Positions 6,962 to 16,740 are shown, counted from the first letter of the stretch. The stretch is 26,889 nucleotides of DNA from Kiritimatiellia bacterium (GCA_028822745.1 JAPKCZ010000001.1:1-26889); one strand, 5' to 3'. Notes: a model not told the origin generated them from the sequence alone. A program made the numbers and translations.

Positions 6962-9691
6962 TTAGTGCCCTCGCCCAGACGATGCAATGCGACCCTGCAG
7001 AGCGGAATTAAACGCGCTGGCTTCGAGCACGTCCTCCAGCAGCACATGACAACGGTAGCGCCAATAATGCGGGTTGTTGGCGGGATCGTTGATGCGTTCG
7101 GCTTGCGGACCCTCACGCTGCAACTGCGCATCCATACCAAGCAGATCTTGAATGGGGAAAACAGCCCACATGGCTGGCGACCACAGATGCTGGTCGATGA
7201 TCGTCTGAATAAGCTCAGGTGTACACACCTGCGGCGCCTCCCCTTCCCGCCCCAGACATTCATTGTAGAAATGCTGGATGACGCGGCGATCTTCAAGCCA
7301 CCATGCGCGCAGACTTGAAATGTCGTGCGATGACGGACTGGCCACGCAACGATACGGGTAATCCGCGGGGTGTTGATAATCCTGCGACGCATCAACCGGC
7401 ATGCGTTGAATGCGCAGACACAGAATGCCGAACTCATCCATCACACCGGGCACGCAGGCAGGCACCATGCCCAGATCTTCTCCGCAGATCAGCATATCGG
7501 TTGCCTCGGCGATGGCAGGTAGCCGTAGGCGCGCTTGTTCGGCCCAGAAGCGTTCATGGCGTTGATAGAAATAATCAACATATACGTTCCAAAAGGCATT
7601 GCGGATGGCAGGGTCCAGTTCGCGGAACGACCACGTGTTCTCCATGCCGATTCGCGGGTTGAATGCTTTGCCATCGCTATGCGGCGCTTCCAGCAGGAGC
7701 CGGTCCTGTACAATCGCCATCAAACCGACACGTAGACCGTTGTCCGATTCTCCGCGTGCGTCAGCCTTATCAAAATACTCAGCAATCTCGCGCTGCGTTT
7801 GGAGGCCTTTGCGCAGTTGAAAACAACCGGGTGCGGTTTCTTTAAGATAGGCCTTAACCGCTGACTGTGCGTCGCCATCGAAAAGAGACGCCAACATGTT
7901 CTCTTGAATATGGGGCTCACACAGGCGCACTTTGTCAAAGGGAACCCCACGCGCAGCCAACTCCTCGCGACGCAGCGGTAAGGCGGGATTGAAACGACCC
8001 AACGCGCCGCTGATAGCGTCGGCCGGGATTTCCCATATTCGGAAGAACCCAAGAATGTGATCGATACGAAAGGCGTCAAAGTAGGTCGACAACTTGGTCA
8101 GGCGATTGCGCCACCAGGAATAGTCCGTACGCGCCATGACCTCCCAATTGTAGGTCGGAAAACCCCAGTTCTGGCCGTCGATGCTGAAATAGTCCGGCGG
8201 CGCACCTGCCTGACCGTCCATATTAAAGGCGTCCGGGTCCATCCAGGTGTCGACGCTGTGCCGGTACACACCAATGGGGATATCGCCCTTGAGCGCCACA
8301 CCACGTTCGCGGGCATAGGTAGCGGCGTTCAGGAGCTGCAGGTGCAAGTGGTATTGAATGAAGTAGTGCACCACAACGTCATCAAAGTGATCTTCGTTCG
8401 GTGATGCAAATGCTTCGCAGGCCTTCAACGTCATGCGGCGGTGTTCCGGCCAGGTCTGATGTTCGCACGTCCCATAACGGTCGCGCAGACAGGAGAAGAC
8501 AGCATAGGGCAGCAGCCATTTTATGTTCTCTTCCACAAACGCGTTGAAGGCTTTGTCCGCGAGCAAACGGTCACGGTCATGGTCAAAGGCTTGTTTGAAG
8601 AAGCGCGACTTTACGCGCATAACCTCTTCATAGTCGACGTCCGGAAGCGCGTTCAATAGGGCTTTCTCTTTGCCTATCATGCGCTCGGTTGTGGCGGCGT
8701 CGAACACGCCCATGGCGGCCAGATTCATGTAAATTGGATGGAGCGCAAAGACGGAAATTGCCGCATAAGGATACGAGTCTTTCCATGTGTGCGTGGCGAT
8801 GGTGTCATTCACAGGCAGAAGCTGAATCATGTTCATGCCAACCTGCTCGGCCCACTCGGCCAATGGACGAATATCGGTAAACTCGCCTACGCCCAGCCCC
8901 GTACGACTTCGCAAAGCAAAGACCGGCACAGCGACGCCCGTTCCGCGCCAGGGGCCGCGCGGCGACTCAAGGTGCTCATCCGTCTTTACCGTGAGCGTTG
9001 GCGGCGGCACGTCAACGGAAGGCACAAAGCGCCGATTTTCCCCGGACTCGAACTCGACCTCCACCTCCGCTGCGTCTGTCGGAACAACCACATACTTATA
9101 TTCAAAATACGTATTGGATGATCCCAAAGGCAGGGTTAGTGACCAGTTCGGATAATCCGCATCCGACATCGGGACAGCCTCTTTGATAGACCAAGCACCC
9201 AGCGTATCGATAGAGCCCAGCATGGCGAGCGTGCACCCCTTCGGAACACGGGGCGCATAGACCCGAAAGTGTGCCGCATTGCCCGCCACAATCGAGGCCT
9301 CTGACGTTCGCGTGCGATGACGCCCTTCGGGAGGATAAACCGCGCGGGTGAATATCGACGATCTGAGCGCGTCCTGCTCAGGCGATGGCATGCGCCATGA
9401 ATCAACCATGCGCGCATGGGTGTGATCATGAAGCCCGCGGGGAAGCGTACGATCATCGCCATGTTCTGAATGACATGTGCCACCATGATCGCTGACGATG
9501 TTATATTTGTAGGCAAACGCATCCAATTCGGCATCATCAAGCGTCAGCGTCAGCGACCAGACCCCATCCGAGCTATCGTCCATCACAAGCGTCCGCCTCG
9601 GTTCCCAATCTCCGGTTGCGGCGCTGGAAACAACGAGCCCCAGGGACTGCCCCCACTCCGTCTGATAGTGAATGGAGAACGTCAGCTTCAT
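6962..9691 (-). CDS. 4-alpha-glucanotransferase with two N-terminal CBM20 modules (DPE2 type, GH77)
   Basis: MKLTFSIHYQTEWGQSL (CBM20), second CBM20 (MLGSIDTLGAWS...FEYKYVV), RGTGVAVPVFALRS, QLLPVNDT, RIDHILG, GEDLG, SSHD, RINDPANNPHYWRYR. True start ATG 9691 overlaps the rfbD TGA (ATGA); ORF-track start 9916 is an over-extension. Confidence 0.93.
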   Translation of the reverse strand: MKLTFSIHYQTEWGQSLGLVVSSAATGDWEPRRTLVMDDSSDGVWSLTLTLDDAELDAFAYKYNIVSDHGGTCHSEHGDDRTLPRGLHDHTHARMVDSWRMPSPEQDALRSSIFTRAVYPPEGRHRTRTSEASIVAGNAAHFRVYAPRVPKGCTLAMLGSIDTLGAWSIKEAVPMSDADYPNWSLTLPLGSSNTYFEYKYVVVPTDAAEVEVEFESGENRRFVPSVDVPPPTLTVKTDEHLESPRGPWRGTGVAVPVFALRSRTGLGVGEFTDIRPLAEWAEQVGMNMIQLLPVNDTIATHTWKDSYPYAAISVFALHPIYMNLAAMGVFDAATTERMIGKEKALLNALPDVDYEEVMRVKSRFFKQAFDHDRDRLLADKAFNAFVEENIKWLLPYAVFSCLRDRYGTCEHQTWPEHRRMTLKACEAFASPNEDHFDDVVVHYFIQYHLHLQLLNAATYARERGVALKGDIPIGVYRHSVDTWMDPDAFNMDGQAGAPPDYFSIDGQNWGFPTYNWEVMARTDYSWWRNRLTKLSTYFDAFRIDHILGFFRIWEIPADAISGALGRFNPALPLRREELAARGVPFDKVRLCEPHIQENMLASLFDGDAQSAVKAYLKETAPGCFQLRKGLQTQREIAEYFDKADARGESDNGLRVGLMAIVQDRLLLEAPHSDGKAFNPRIGMENTWSFRELDPAIRNAFWNVYVDYFYQRHERFWAEQARLRLPAIAEATDMLICGEDLGMVPACVPGVMDEFGILCLRIQRMPVDASQDYQHPADYPYRCVASPSSHDISSLRAWWLEDRRVIQHFYNECLGREGEAPQVCTPELIQTIIDQHLWSPAMWAVFPIQDLLGMDAQLQREGPQAERINDPANNPHYWRYRCHVLLEDVLEASAFNSALQGRIASSGRGH

Positions 9692-10578
9692 GATGCGCTT
9701 AATAGGTGTTGCCTGTGGGCGCTGACAAAGGCGGCCAGGTCGTCCTGCCATGCTTGCATGCGATTCAGACCCGCTTGGTTGAGTCGCGCATTTTCCAAAA
9801 TTGAATTCATCGGGCGCGCGGCCGGGCGCGGAAAATCGGCGGTCGTGCAGGGCTCGATCTGAACGGGAATGTCCATCAGCTCGAAAAAGCGCTGCGCTAA
9901 ATCGTACCAGGTGCAATGCCCTTCACCGGTCGCATGGAGCACGCCGCTCAGCCCGGCTTCGGCGATAGCGCCAATTTGCTCGGACAGGCGCACCGTCCAG
10001 GTCGGCGACCCGTGCTGGTCGTTCACAACGCGCAAAGGCGCATCGGGCACCTGGCGGGCGCGCGCCAACACTGCTTTGAGAAAATTATGACCATGAATGC
10101 CATAGACCCAGGACGTGCGCAGAATCGCGGCGTCGGGAGTGGCCGACTGCACCGCGGCTTCGCCCTGCAATTTGCTCTCACCATAAACACTTGCCGGCCC
10201 GGTCGCGTCGTCCTCCACATAAGGCGTGGGGACCTCGCGCGTGCCATCGAACACGTAGTCGGTCGAAAGATGAATGAGATGCGCGCCGATGCGCACACTT
10301 TCGCGCGCGAGTATGCCGGGGGCCTCGGCGTTAAGCTGGAACGCGGCGGCCTGATCGGTTTCGCAAGCGTCGACCTGTGTGTACGCGGCGCAATTCACAA
10401 CGACGGCCGGACGGTGATGCGTGAATAGGTCGGCGATGGCGGTGGCGTTCGTGATATCGCCGTCAGCGCGACGGACCGAGATGACGTTCCATGTGTCGCT
10501 CAAACACGCCACACAATCCGTGCCCAATTGCCCACCGGCGCCGGTAACCAAAAGCGTGCGTTTTGCCTCAGCGGCCAT
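9688..10578 (-). CDS. rfbD: dTDP-4-dehydrorhamnose reductase
   Basis: LVTGAGGQLG, NCAAYTQVDACE, HLSTDYVFDG, YGESK (YxxxK), LRTSWVYG, VVNDQHGSPT, RPARP; AGGAG RBS before ATG 10578. Confidence 0.95.
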   Translation of the reverse strand: MAAEAKRTLLVTGAGGQLGTDCVACLSDTWNVISVRRADGDITNATAIADLFTHHRPAVVVNCAAYTQVDACETDQAAAFQLNAEAPGILARESVRIGAHLIHLSTDYVFDGTREVPTPYVEDDATGPASVYGESKLQGEAAVQSATPDAAILRTSWVYGIHGHNFLKAVLARARQVPDAPLRVVNDQHGSPTWTVRLSEQIGAIAEAGLSGVLHATGEGHCTWYDLAQRFFELMDIPVQIEPCTTADFPRPAARPMNSILENARLNQAGLNRMQAWQDDLAAFVSAHRQHLLSAS

Positions 10579-13264
10579 TTTTAACTCCTGACAGATACGC
10601 CTCCACATGCCCCGCTACCGACGGCGTGGCCTTGGCGTCTAACGCTTTGCGCATCTGATTCAGGCACGCAACGACATCGGCCTGCAAGGGGGACGGCATG
10701 CGATGCACCAGTTGTAACGCGTCAACAACACGGTTGGCGACATATTCGTTGATGGGCGCCAGCACATCAACCGTGCGCGCCAGCCAATCGAGGCCCTGCG
10801 GCGTCCAAAGTTGGTCGTTATTACGGGTCATTGGCAGTAAAAGGGCACGATTCAGCGTGGGGTGCTGAATATCAAAGGTGTCGCGCGATTGTTCACGAGC
10901 CATGGCCTCAAACACATCATCGCCCGGCCCCGATGCGATCACGGACAGGTATCCGGCATAGGCGCTGTTGTGCCCCTGCCAGTCGCGATAAGCGTCGTTC
11001 AAGATATCAAGACGCGCGGGGTGCTTGCTGCGGTTGATTTGCCGCAGCGCGCTCAGGCGGTCCGAAAAATTCCAGGCCTCCTTGAAGTGCTTTTCCGCCA
11101 GCGCTTGCGACTCAGCGCAATCACTGGAGCAGAGTGCCTCCAAAAGCGTCGCCTTGAGGTGGCGTGCTTCCAGGCCGTCGCGTGGACTGTTTCCGCGCGA
11201 GGTCGTATCGACGGCATTGAAAGCGGCGACCCAGGCCGAGAAGTCATGTTCCGCAACGGCGCGTTGCAAGCGCCGGTAGACGCGGTTGCAGGTGCGATAG
11301 TTGGGCAGATGGGCACGCTGCATGGGTTGTTCGTCGATACGCAAGAGATACGCTTTCAAGCCGGGGCCAATGGCGGTGTCGGTCAGCAGGTCAATGTACA
11401 GATCAAGCCAGGCAGTATCCACGGCGGCTCCCGGATCCTCGATCAGCCGAATGCGCTGCTGATCTGTAAAAGATCGCATGGCCTCCACCCGATTGAAGGC
11501 ACACGGATCGAGGCGAACTTGGCTCGCCAGCACATCGGCGGACACATCGGTCTGCTCGAAGGTGCCATAGAATGACGCGTCGCGATTCATCGACACGAGA
11601 GCCGGCGCATCAACATCGTCGAAACGAATCTCGTGTGACGCGTCGGTCAATTCGACCGTGCGCGCCTCGACGTCCTGCCCGTCCGCGCCGACCAGAGCGA
11701 CCTCAAAAGGCAGGTGAAACAGTCCGCCCGAACCGGAGCGTGACTGTGACACCGAAATGGTCAGACGGCGTTCCGCTTCGGAGTAGCGCGATGTTGCGGT
11801 CACTTGTGGATAGCCAATCGTATAGAGCCACTCGCGCTTGAATTGGGTCAAATCGCGGCCGCTAGCCTCTATAAAACAGTCGAAAAACTGATCCGTGTTA
11901 GCGTTTGCGCCCTCATAGCGCGCGAAATACAGGTTTTTTGCGCTACGAAAGGCTTCGTTTCCTATAATCAGGCGCAGCATGCGGATCACTTCTGCCGACT
12001 TCACGTACGTCACGCCATCGACCAGTTCATCCGGATCGTTAAAGCCGTCGCGAACAATGTTACCGACGTGGCCAGCGTCCTCGATCGCCAACGGTCCACC
12101 AATCGGCGCGCGGATATCATCGACCTCGCCCAGCCGCGCCGCGCCGGGATCAAAGACGGCGCTGATGTACTGGCGCTCGACGTCGACGGTGAAGCCTTCA
12201 TTGAGCCACATGTCGAAGGGCGTTTCCATCGTGACGTCACTGCCACACTGGTTGTGTTCGAATTCATGCAGAATGACGGCATAGGCGTATTCAAGGCGAC
12301 GGTCGGTCGTAAATTCGTCAATCAATGCGGCGTCGGTGACAATGGTGGTGTTGCCAACATTCTCCATGCCGCCGAAGTTGGACTTGTCCATCGTGATGGT
12401 CCGATAGACGTCGTGGCGGTAGGCGTATTCCTGGCTTTCGTGCTGCCACAGAACGCTATGTTTGAGGATCTCCATGGGCAGACGCGCCCCGTCGACGTGC
12501 CCGGGGGTCACCAGATACTCGAGTTTCACCTGCTGACCGGATGGGTAACGAACCGCGTCATCGAGTTGGTCCCACGTTCCGGCGCAGGCGACGAAAAGAT
12601 AAGGCGCCATCGGCACAGGGTTGATGAAGGTAATCTGTTTTCGGTCGGCGCTGCCCGACGCGGACACGGCGGCCCCGTCTGGGTGACGTTGCGCGCAGAT
12701 GTTGCCGTTGGAAATCATATGCGTATAGCGGACGTCACCGCTGAGCGTGGTGACCATCGTGCATTTGGCCGTGCAATCGTCGTAGATCGGCAAGATGCGC
12801 TGGAAGCCCCATTGCTGGCATTGCGACATGTACTGTTGGGGTGCGCCGGGCGGTGTGGTGTCCTTATAAATGCCTTCAAGCAGCGCATCCGAGGGGAGAC
12901 TACGCGCGCGGCAACGGACACGCAGGGTTTCGCCAACGGCGACAGTGCGTGGCAGGGTGATATGAAGGCGGTCGCCGTCGATCGTATGTTCACAGGGCTC
13001 TGCCGAATCCGTTAAGGCCTGCTCATGGGCGCTAACCAGCGCGTCATGACTATCGTCCGCATCGCCCAGTAAGGCCACCTCGCTTAGATCCAAATTACGT
13101 GCGTCCAAATGCATGGCGGACATCGGTTCGCGCGCCGTCACGTGCAGCACGATGATGCCGTCGACGTGCGTGGCATGAAAATCGATCTGAATATCAAGAT
13201 GACGCAGCGTCACCGGAAGCGGCGCGAAATCGGAGCGGTTGTAACGAAAGCCTGGGTCACTCAT
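10568..13264 (-). CDS. pepN: Aminopeptidase N (M1 zinc metallopeptidase)
   Basis: SQCQQWGFQRI, FGGMENVG (GxMEN), HEFEH...WLNEGFT (HExxH-x18-E), VTYVKSAEVIRM; ATG 13264 overlaps the upstream TGA. Confidence 0.92.
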   Translation of the reverse strand: MSDPGFRYNRSDFAPLPVTLRHLDIQIDFHATHVDGIIVLHVTAREPMSAMHLDARNLDLSEVALLGDADDSHDALVSAHEQALTDSAEPCEHTIDGDRLHITLPRTVAVGETLRVRCRARSLPSDALLEGIYKDTTPPGAPQQYMSQCQQWGFQRILPIYDDCTAKCTMVTTLSGDVRYTHMISNGNICAQRHPDGAAVSASGSADRKQITFINPVPMAPYLFVACAGTWDQLDDAVRYPSGQQVKLEYLVTPGHVDGARLPMEILKHSVLWQHESQEYAYRHDVYRTITMDKSNFGGMENVGNTTIVTDAALIDEFTTDRRLEYAYAVILHEFEHNQCGSDVTMETPFDMWLNEGFTVDVERQYISAVFDPGAARLGEVDDIRAPIGGPLAIEDAGHVGNIVRDGFNDPDELVDGVTYVKSAEVIRMLRLIIGNEAFRSAKNLYFARYEGANANTDQFFDCFIEASGRDLTQFKREWLYTIGYPQVTATSRYSEAERRLTISVSQSRSGSGGLFHLPFEVALVGADGQDVEARTVELTDASHEIRFDDVDAPALVSMNRDASFYGTFEQTDVSADVLASQVRLDPCAFNRVEAMRSFTDQQRIRLIEDPGAAVDTAWLDLYIDLLTDTAIGPGLKAYLLRIDEQPMQRAHLPNYRTCNRVYRRLQRAVAEHDFSAWVAAFNAVDTTSRGNSPRDGLEARHLKATLLEALCSSDCAESQALAEKHFKEAWNFSDRLSALRQINRSKHPARLDILNDAYRDWQGHNSAYAGYLSVIASGPGDDVFEAMAREQSRDTFDIQHPTLNRALLLPMTRNNDQLWTPQGLDWLARTVDVLAPINEYVANRVVDALQLVHRMPSPLQADVVACLNQMRKALDAKATPSVAGHVEAYLSGVKNGR

Positions 13265-13596
13265 AAAGCGGCGTCGCATTTGGCGGCGAACACGAAGTCA
13301 CTTTCGGTCAGGCCGTCGATCTTGTGGGTCCAGATGGTCACGCGCACCAGCCCCCAGGCGAGATGAATGTCGGGGTGATGGTTTTGCGTTTCGGCAACGT
13401 CGCCAACGCGGTTGGTAAAGGCAAGTGCTTCAACAAAGTTGGCGAAACGATACTCTTTTTCCAGATGGTGCTCATTGATGAGCCCCCATTGTTCGTCAAT
13501 CTGTGCTTTCAAAACGTGCAGAGCTTCCCCGGCGAGCGGCGGCACGCCGCCCTTACAAGGAATGCAATCACGCGCGGCCAATGTTGTGTCATTCAT
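13261..13596 (-). CDS. Pterin-4-alpha-carbinolamine dehydratase (PCD/PhhB family)
   Basis: CIPCKGGVPPL, LEKEYRFANF, ETQNHHPDI, TIWTHKIDGLTESDFVFAAK; GAGGAG RBS. Confidence 0.95.
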   Translation of the reverse strand: MNDTTLAARDCIPCKGGVPPLAGEALHVLKAQIDEQWGLINEHHLEKEYRFANFVEALAFTNRVGDVAETQNHHPDIHLAWGLVRVTIWTHKIDGLTESDFVFAAKCDAAL

Positions 13597-13646
13597 GTCG
13601 TCGCTCCTCGTTTCGATGTTATCCGCAATGTCCGTGCGGTGCTTCT

Positions 13647-15116
13647 TTAGGTGAGGCTATTTAGGGCGCTCTGAAAGCGATCCCAAATCGACTCAGGGTC
13701 TTCGATGCCGACGGAAACGCGCACAAGATAGCGCGAAACGCCGCAGGATTCAGCCCAAGCCAACTCTTTGTAGTGCGCCAGAAGTGTGTATGGGCAAACC
13801 AGCGTGAAATCTGTTCCCAGGGTGGGCCCTTTGCACAACTGCAAAGCGTCGTAAAAGCGTGGTGCGTTGTGTGGCGCATCCTTTAAGAGAATCGAGAGGA
13901 GCGACGAGTAACCGCCGTCCGGGCGTCGCAGCGCGTCATAATTTCCGGAGGGGTCAAAACGAGGGTAGCAGACGTTGTCGACGCGCGGGTCCTGCCGCAG
14001 TCGCTCGGCAATAATGTCGCCATTTTTGTTGTGAGCCTGCATCCGTTCATTAAAATTGCGCGACTGTAATTCCAGCGCGATCGCGTCGTCGCCCCACAGC
14101 AAGGGTTCGTAATCGTCTCCACAAGCGGCGCGCAAGGCGGAATGCAGCGGCGAGGATGGGCAACAGATCAAGGCCCCCCCCATCACATTTCCTGCGCCCG
14201 AGAAATATTTCGTCAGACTGGTCACAACGATGTCGGCGTAAGGCGTTACGTCGACATTACAGGGTGTCGCCACGGCGTCGTCGACAACAAAAGGAATGCC
14301 GCGCTCACGCAGTGCTTTGGAGATGCCGGTAACGTCGGGCGTTAGCAAAAGCGGGTTGCTGGGAATTTCGCAAAACACACCGGCCAGCGCCTCTTTATCG
14401 AGAAGCGGTTGCAAATGCGAGACGGCTTCGTTGCCGGACAGAATAAACTGCGCCCCTTTGCCAAATTCCTGCTGCAGTTTCAAACTGTCAATATAAGGGA
14501 ACCCGACTTGCGCCGTTTGGCGTCCTGGGTTCAGGGCGCGGACAGCCTGAGCCGCGGCGGCCACCGCCGCCATGCCGGTCGGATAAAGAAACACATCGTC
14601 TGGCGTGCACCCATACAGATCGGCGAGCCGCTGGCGCAAGGCGCTGCACGCATCATCTGCGCCTTCGGCCGGTCCGCGCCCAGCCAAAACGGCTTCGGCC
14701 TGACGGCTGGATACAATCTGACCCGTGTGTTGCCAATAGAGGCGTAGCGTTTTCTCGCCTTCGGCTGATGTATTAACAAGAAAGAGCCCTTGCGCTTCGA
14801 TGACGCTACTTTCGGCCCCAGATTTGTCCGTAATGAAAGCCATGCAGCGTTCGGCGACACGGCGCGATGGAAAGGGCAGACAAAACGCAGTTCCACCGAG
14901 CGAATCGACGAGCTGGCGCACGAGCGGATGGATAACGAAACGGGGATAACCCAACCGTATGCGCGCCACCACCGCGGGGTCTTTTTCCTCATAGGCGACA
15001 ACGTGCGACCACAAGGGCAAGGCCACGGAAACGGCATGCGGGGAGTCCGGCATTGGCCGTCCGAGATCAGCTTCGAGACAAGCAGGGTCACGTTTCATGT
15101 CACAAAAGGTTGTCAT
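13647..15116 (-). CDS. PLP-dependent Cys/Met metabolism enzyme, long fungal Str2/Met-7-like cystathionine gamma-synthase type
   Basis: HAVSVALPLW...AYEE...GYPRFVIHP N-terminus, EIPSNPLL, SLTKYFSG (PLP lysine), KGPTLGTDFTLVCPYTLLAHY, LVRVSVGIE. Confidence 0.85.
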   Translation of the reverse strand: MTTFCDMKRDPACLEADLGRPMPDSPHAVSVALPLWSHVVAYEEKDPAVVARIRLGYPRFVIHPLVRQLVDSLGGTAFCLPFPSRRVAERCMAFITDKSGAESSVIEAQGLFLVNTSAEGEKTLRLYWQHTGQIVSSRQAEAVLAGRGPAEGADDACSALRQRLADLYGCTPDDVFLYPTGMAAVAAAAQAVRALNPGRQTAQVGFPYIDSLKLQQEFGKGAQFILSGNEAVSHLQPLLDKEALAGVFCEIPSNPLLLTPDVTGISKALRERGIPFVVDDAVATPCNVDVTPYADIVVTSLTKYFSGAGNVMGGALICCPSSPLHSALRAACGDDYEPLLWGDDAIALELQSRNFNERMQAHNKNGDIIAERLRQDPRVDNVCYPRFDPSGNYDALRRPDGGYSSLLSILLKDAPHNAPRFYDALQLCKGPTLGTDFTLVCPYTLLAHYKELAWAESCGVSRYLVRVSVGIEDPESIWDRFQSALNSLT

Positions 15117-16265
15117 TTAGAGTTTATCCAGGGCTGCCGACAGATCGGCAATCAAATCGTTTGGGTCTTCTATGCCGACCGACAAACGCAGCAGGCCATC
15201 CGAGATTCCCACAGCACGACGAACCTCGGGTGGTACGGAGGCGTGCGTCATCGAAGCGGGATGACAGATGAGGCTTTCGACACCGCCGAGGCTTTCCGCC
15301 ATTGTAAACAACGTCAGCCCTTTCGAAAAAGCGAGCGCTTGATCTGACGGACAATCTAGCTCGATCACGATCAGACCGGAACCGGCGCGCATCTGGCGGC
15401 GTGCGAGATCGTGTTGTGGGTGACTCGGCAGAAAAGGATAACGCACCGTGGTGACGCGCGACTGGTCTTCCAACCATTCTGCCAGCGCGAGTGCATTGGC
15501 ACAGTGTTGATCCATGCGTAGCGGCAAGGTGCGCGCGCCGCGCGCGGTCAACCAGGCATCAAAAGGAGACGGCTGAAGGCCTAGTGCTTTTTGAGCGAAA
15601 ATCATACGCGCATGCCAATCGGCATCATTTGTGAGCACGGCCCCGCCCAGGCAATCGCTGTGGCCATTGATGTACTTGGTCGTCGAGTGCAGCGACAGCG
15701 TTGCACCCAGCGCGAGGGGCTGTTGCAGATAGGGGGACGCAAAGGTGTTGTCGACCAGAACATCACATCCGGCCTCCTGCGCCACGCGGCTGATGCCTTC
15801 AATATCAATGATCTTCAGTAAAGGGTTGGTGGGGCTTTCCAGCCAAACCAGCGCCGGGGCAGTCTTGCGAATGTGCTCCCAGTTGTCGGGATCACTCAGG
15901 TCGAGATAGTCCACCTGCACGCCAAATTTCCCGAAAACTTGGTCAAACAGACGATAGGTACAGCCGTAGACGTTCTCTTCGGCCACGACGCGGTCGCCGC
16001 TTTTCAAGGTCGACACGACAGCCGTTATTGCCGAAACGCCGCTTCCGAAACATGTTCCAAATTCGGCGCCTTCAAGCGATGCGATCGCTTTTTCAAGCAG
16101 TCGAAAGTTAGGATTGCCGGACCGAGTGTAATCAAAGCCGTCCGGATTACCGGTTTCAAAGGTTGAGCTCAGATAGACCGGCGGCATGACCGCACCGGTA
16201 TCTCCGACATAGCCGCGTGCCTCGTGTACCGCACGCGTGTTTATTTTGTGATCTGATTTCGACAT
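15117..16265 (-). CDS. Cystathionine gamma-synthase/beta- or gamma-lyase family PLP enzyme
   Basis: YTRSGNP, FGSGVSA, WLESPTNPLL, VDNTFASP, HSTTKYINGHSD, AESLGGVESL, LLRLSVGIED. Reaction specificity (metB/metC/mccB) cannot be determined by eye. Confidence 0.93.
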   Translation of the reverse strand: MSKSDHKINTRAVHEARGYVGDTGAVMPPVYLSSTFETGNPDGFDYTRSGNPNFRLLEKAIASLEGAEFGTCFGSGVSAITAVVSTLKSGDRVVAEENVYGCTYRLFDQVFGKFGVQVDYLDLSDPDNWEHIRKTAPALVWLESPTNPLLKIIDIEGISRVAQEAGCDVLVDNTFASPYLQQPLALGATLSLHSTTKYINGHSDCLGGAVLTNDADWHARMIFAQKALGLQPSPFDAWLTARGARTLPLRMDQHCANALALAEWLEDQSRVTTVRYPFLPSHPQHDLARRQMRAGSGLIVIELDCPSDQALAFSKGLTLFTMAESLGGVESLICHPASMTHASVPPEVRRAVGISDGLLRLSVGIEDPNDLIADLSAALDKL

Positions 16266-16291
16266 GGTGGTTCCGTGTGTTTACGTGGAAT

Positions 16292-16309
16292 CGTCATGCA
16301 ATCATGACG
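16292..16309. promoter_or_regulatory. Palindromic candidate operator upstream of the Cys/Met gene run
   Basis: CGTCATG-caat-CATGACG, 26 nt upstream of ATG 16265. Confidence 0.35.
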
Positions 16310-16452
16310 GGTGTATACGATCAAGGTGAATCAGCAGAGTAAACTGGCAGGGCGGCGGCGCGGCCAGCGGCAATAGGGGCCATTTCCCCGCTCGTCGCAA
16401 GCTCCTCGCTCGAGAAAAAGGCCCTACCTCAGAAGTCTGAGCCGATGGGTTG

Positions 16453-16740
16453 TTACGACGCCCAAGAAACCACGAGGTTCAAGCAGACCCAGATGACGCC
16501 ATAGCCTGCCAGCGCCGTACCGAGGGTCATGACGATCCGTCGCCAGATGGGTTTGGGTGTACCGAAAGTCATACACGACAAAAAGCCGACCCACACAACC
16601 AATAGAGTGTACGGGAAGAGAAACAGTCGCTCCGGAAATTCGCTGGCGACGCATTTAGCCAATGTCATCGCCAGACAGACGAGACCGAACGCGACGCATC
16701 CAGCCACATAAATCAACCAGCCTTTTTGTTTTGGGTCCAT
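16453..16740 (-). CDS. Small hypothetical membrane protein (about 3 TM segments)
   Basis: MDPKQKGWLIYVAGCVAFGLVCLAM..., three hydrophobic stretches; start uncertain (16740 or 16782). Confidence 0.6.
   Translation of the reverse strand: MDPKQKGWLIYVAGCVAFGLVCLAMTLAKCVASEFPERLFLFPYTLLVVWVGFLSCMTFGTPKPIWRRIVMTLGTALAGYGVIWVCLNLVVSWAS

Noticed and set aside
9692-9916. N-terminal extension of the DPE2-type gene in the ORF track
   Set aside because: Overlaps rfbD in another frame; the ATGA-coupled start at 9691 begins exactly at the CBM20.
10862-13015. Long plus-strand ORFs (237 aa and 403 aa) opposite pepN
   Set aside because: Antisense shadow ORFs typical of GC-rich coding DNA; no recognisable motifs.
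16266-16452. SAM-I riboswitch upstream of Met/Cys genes
   Set aside because: Lacks the P1 AUC/GAU, GCAACC and GGUGC core elements; only a superficial GAG..GGA..GGCCC resemblance.
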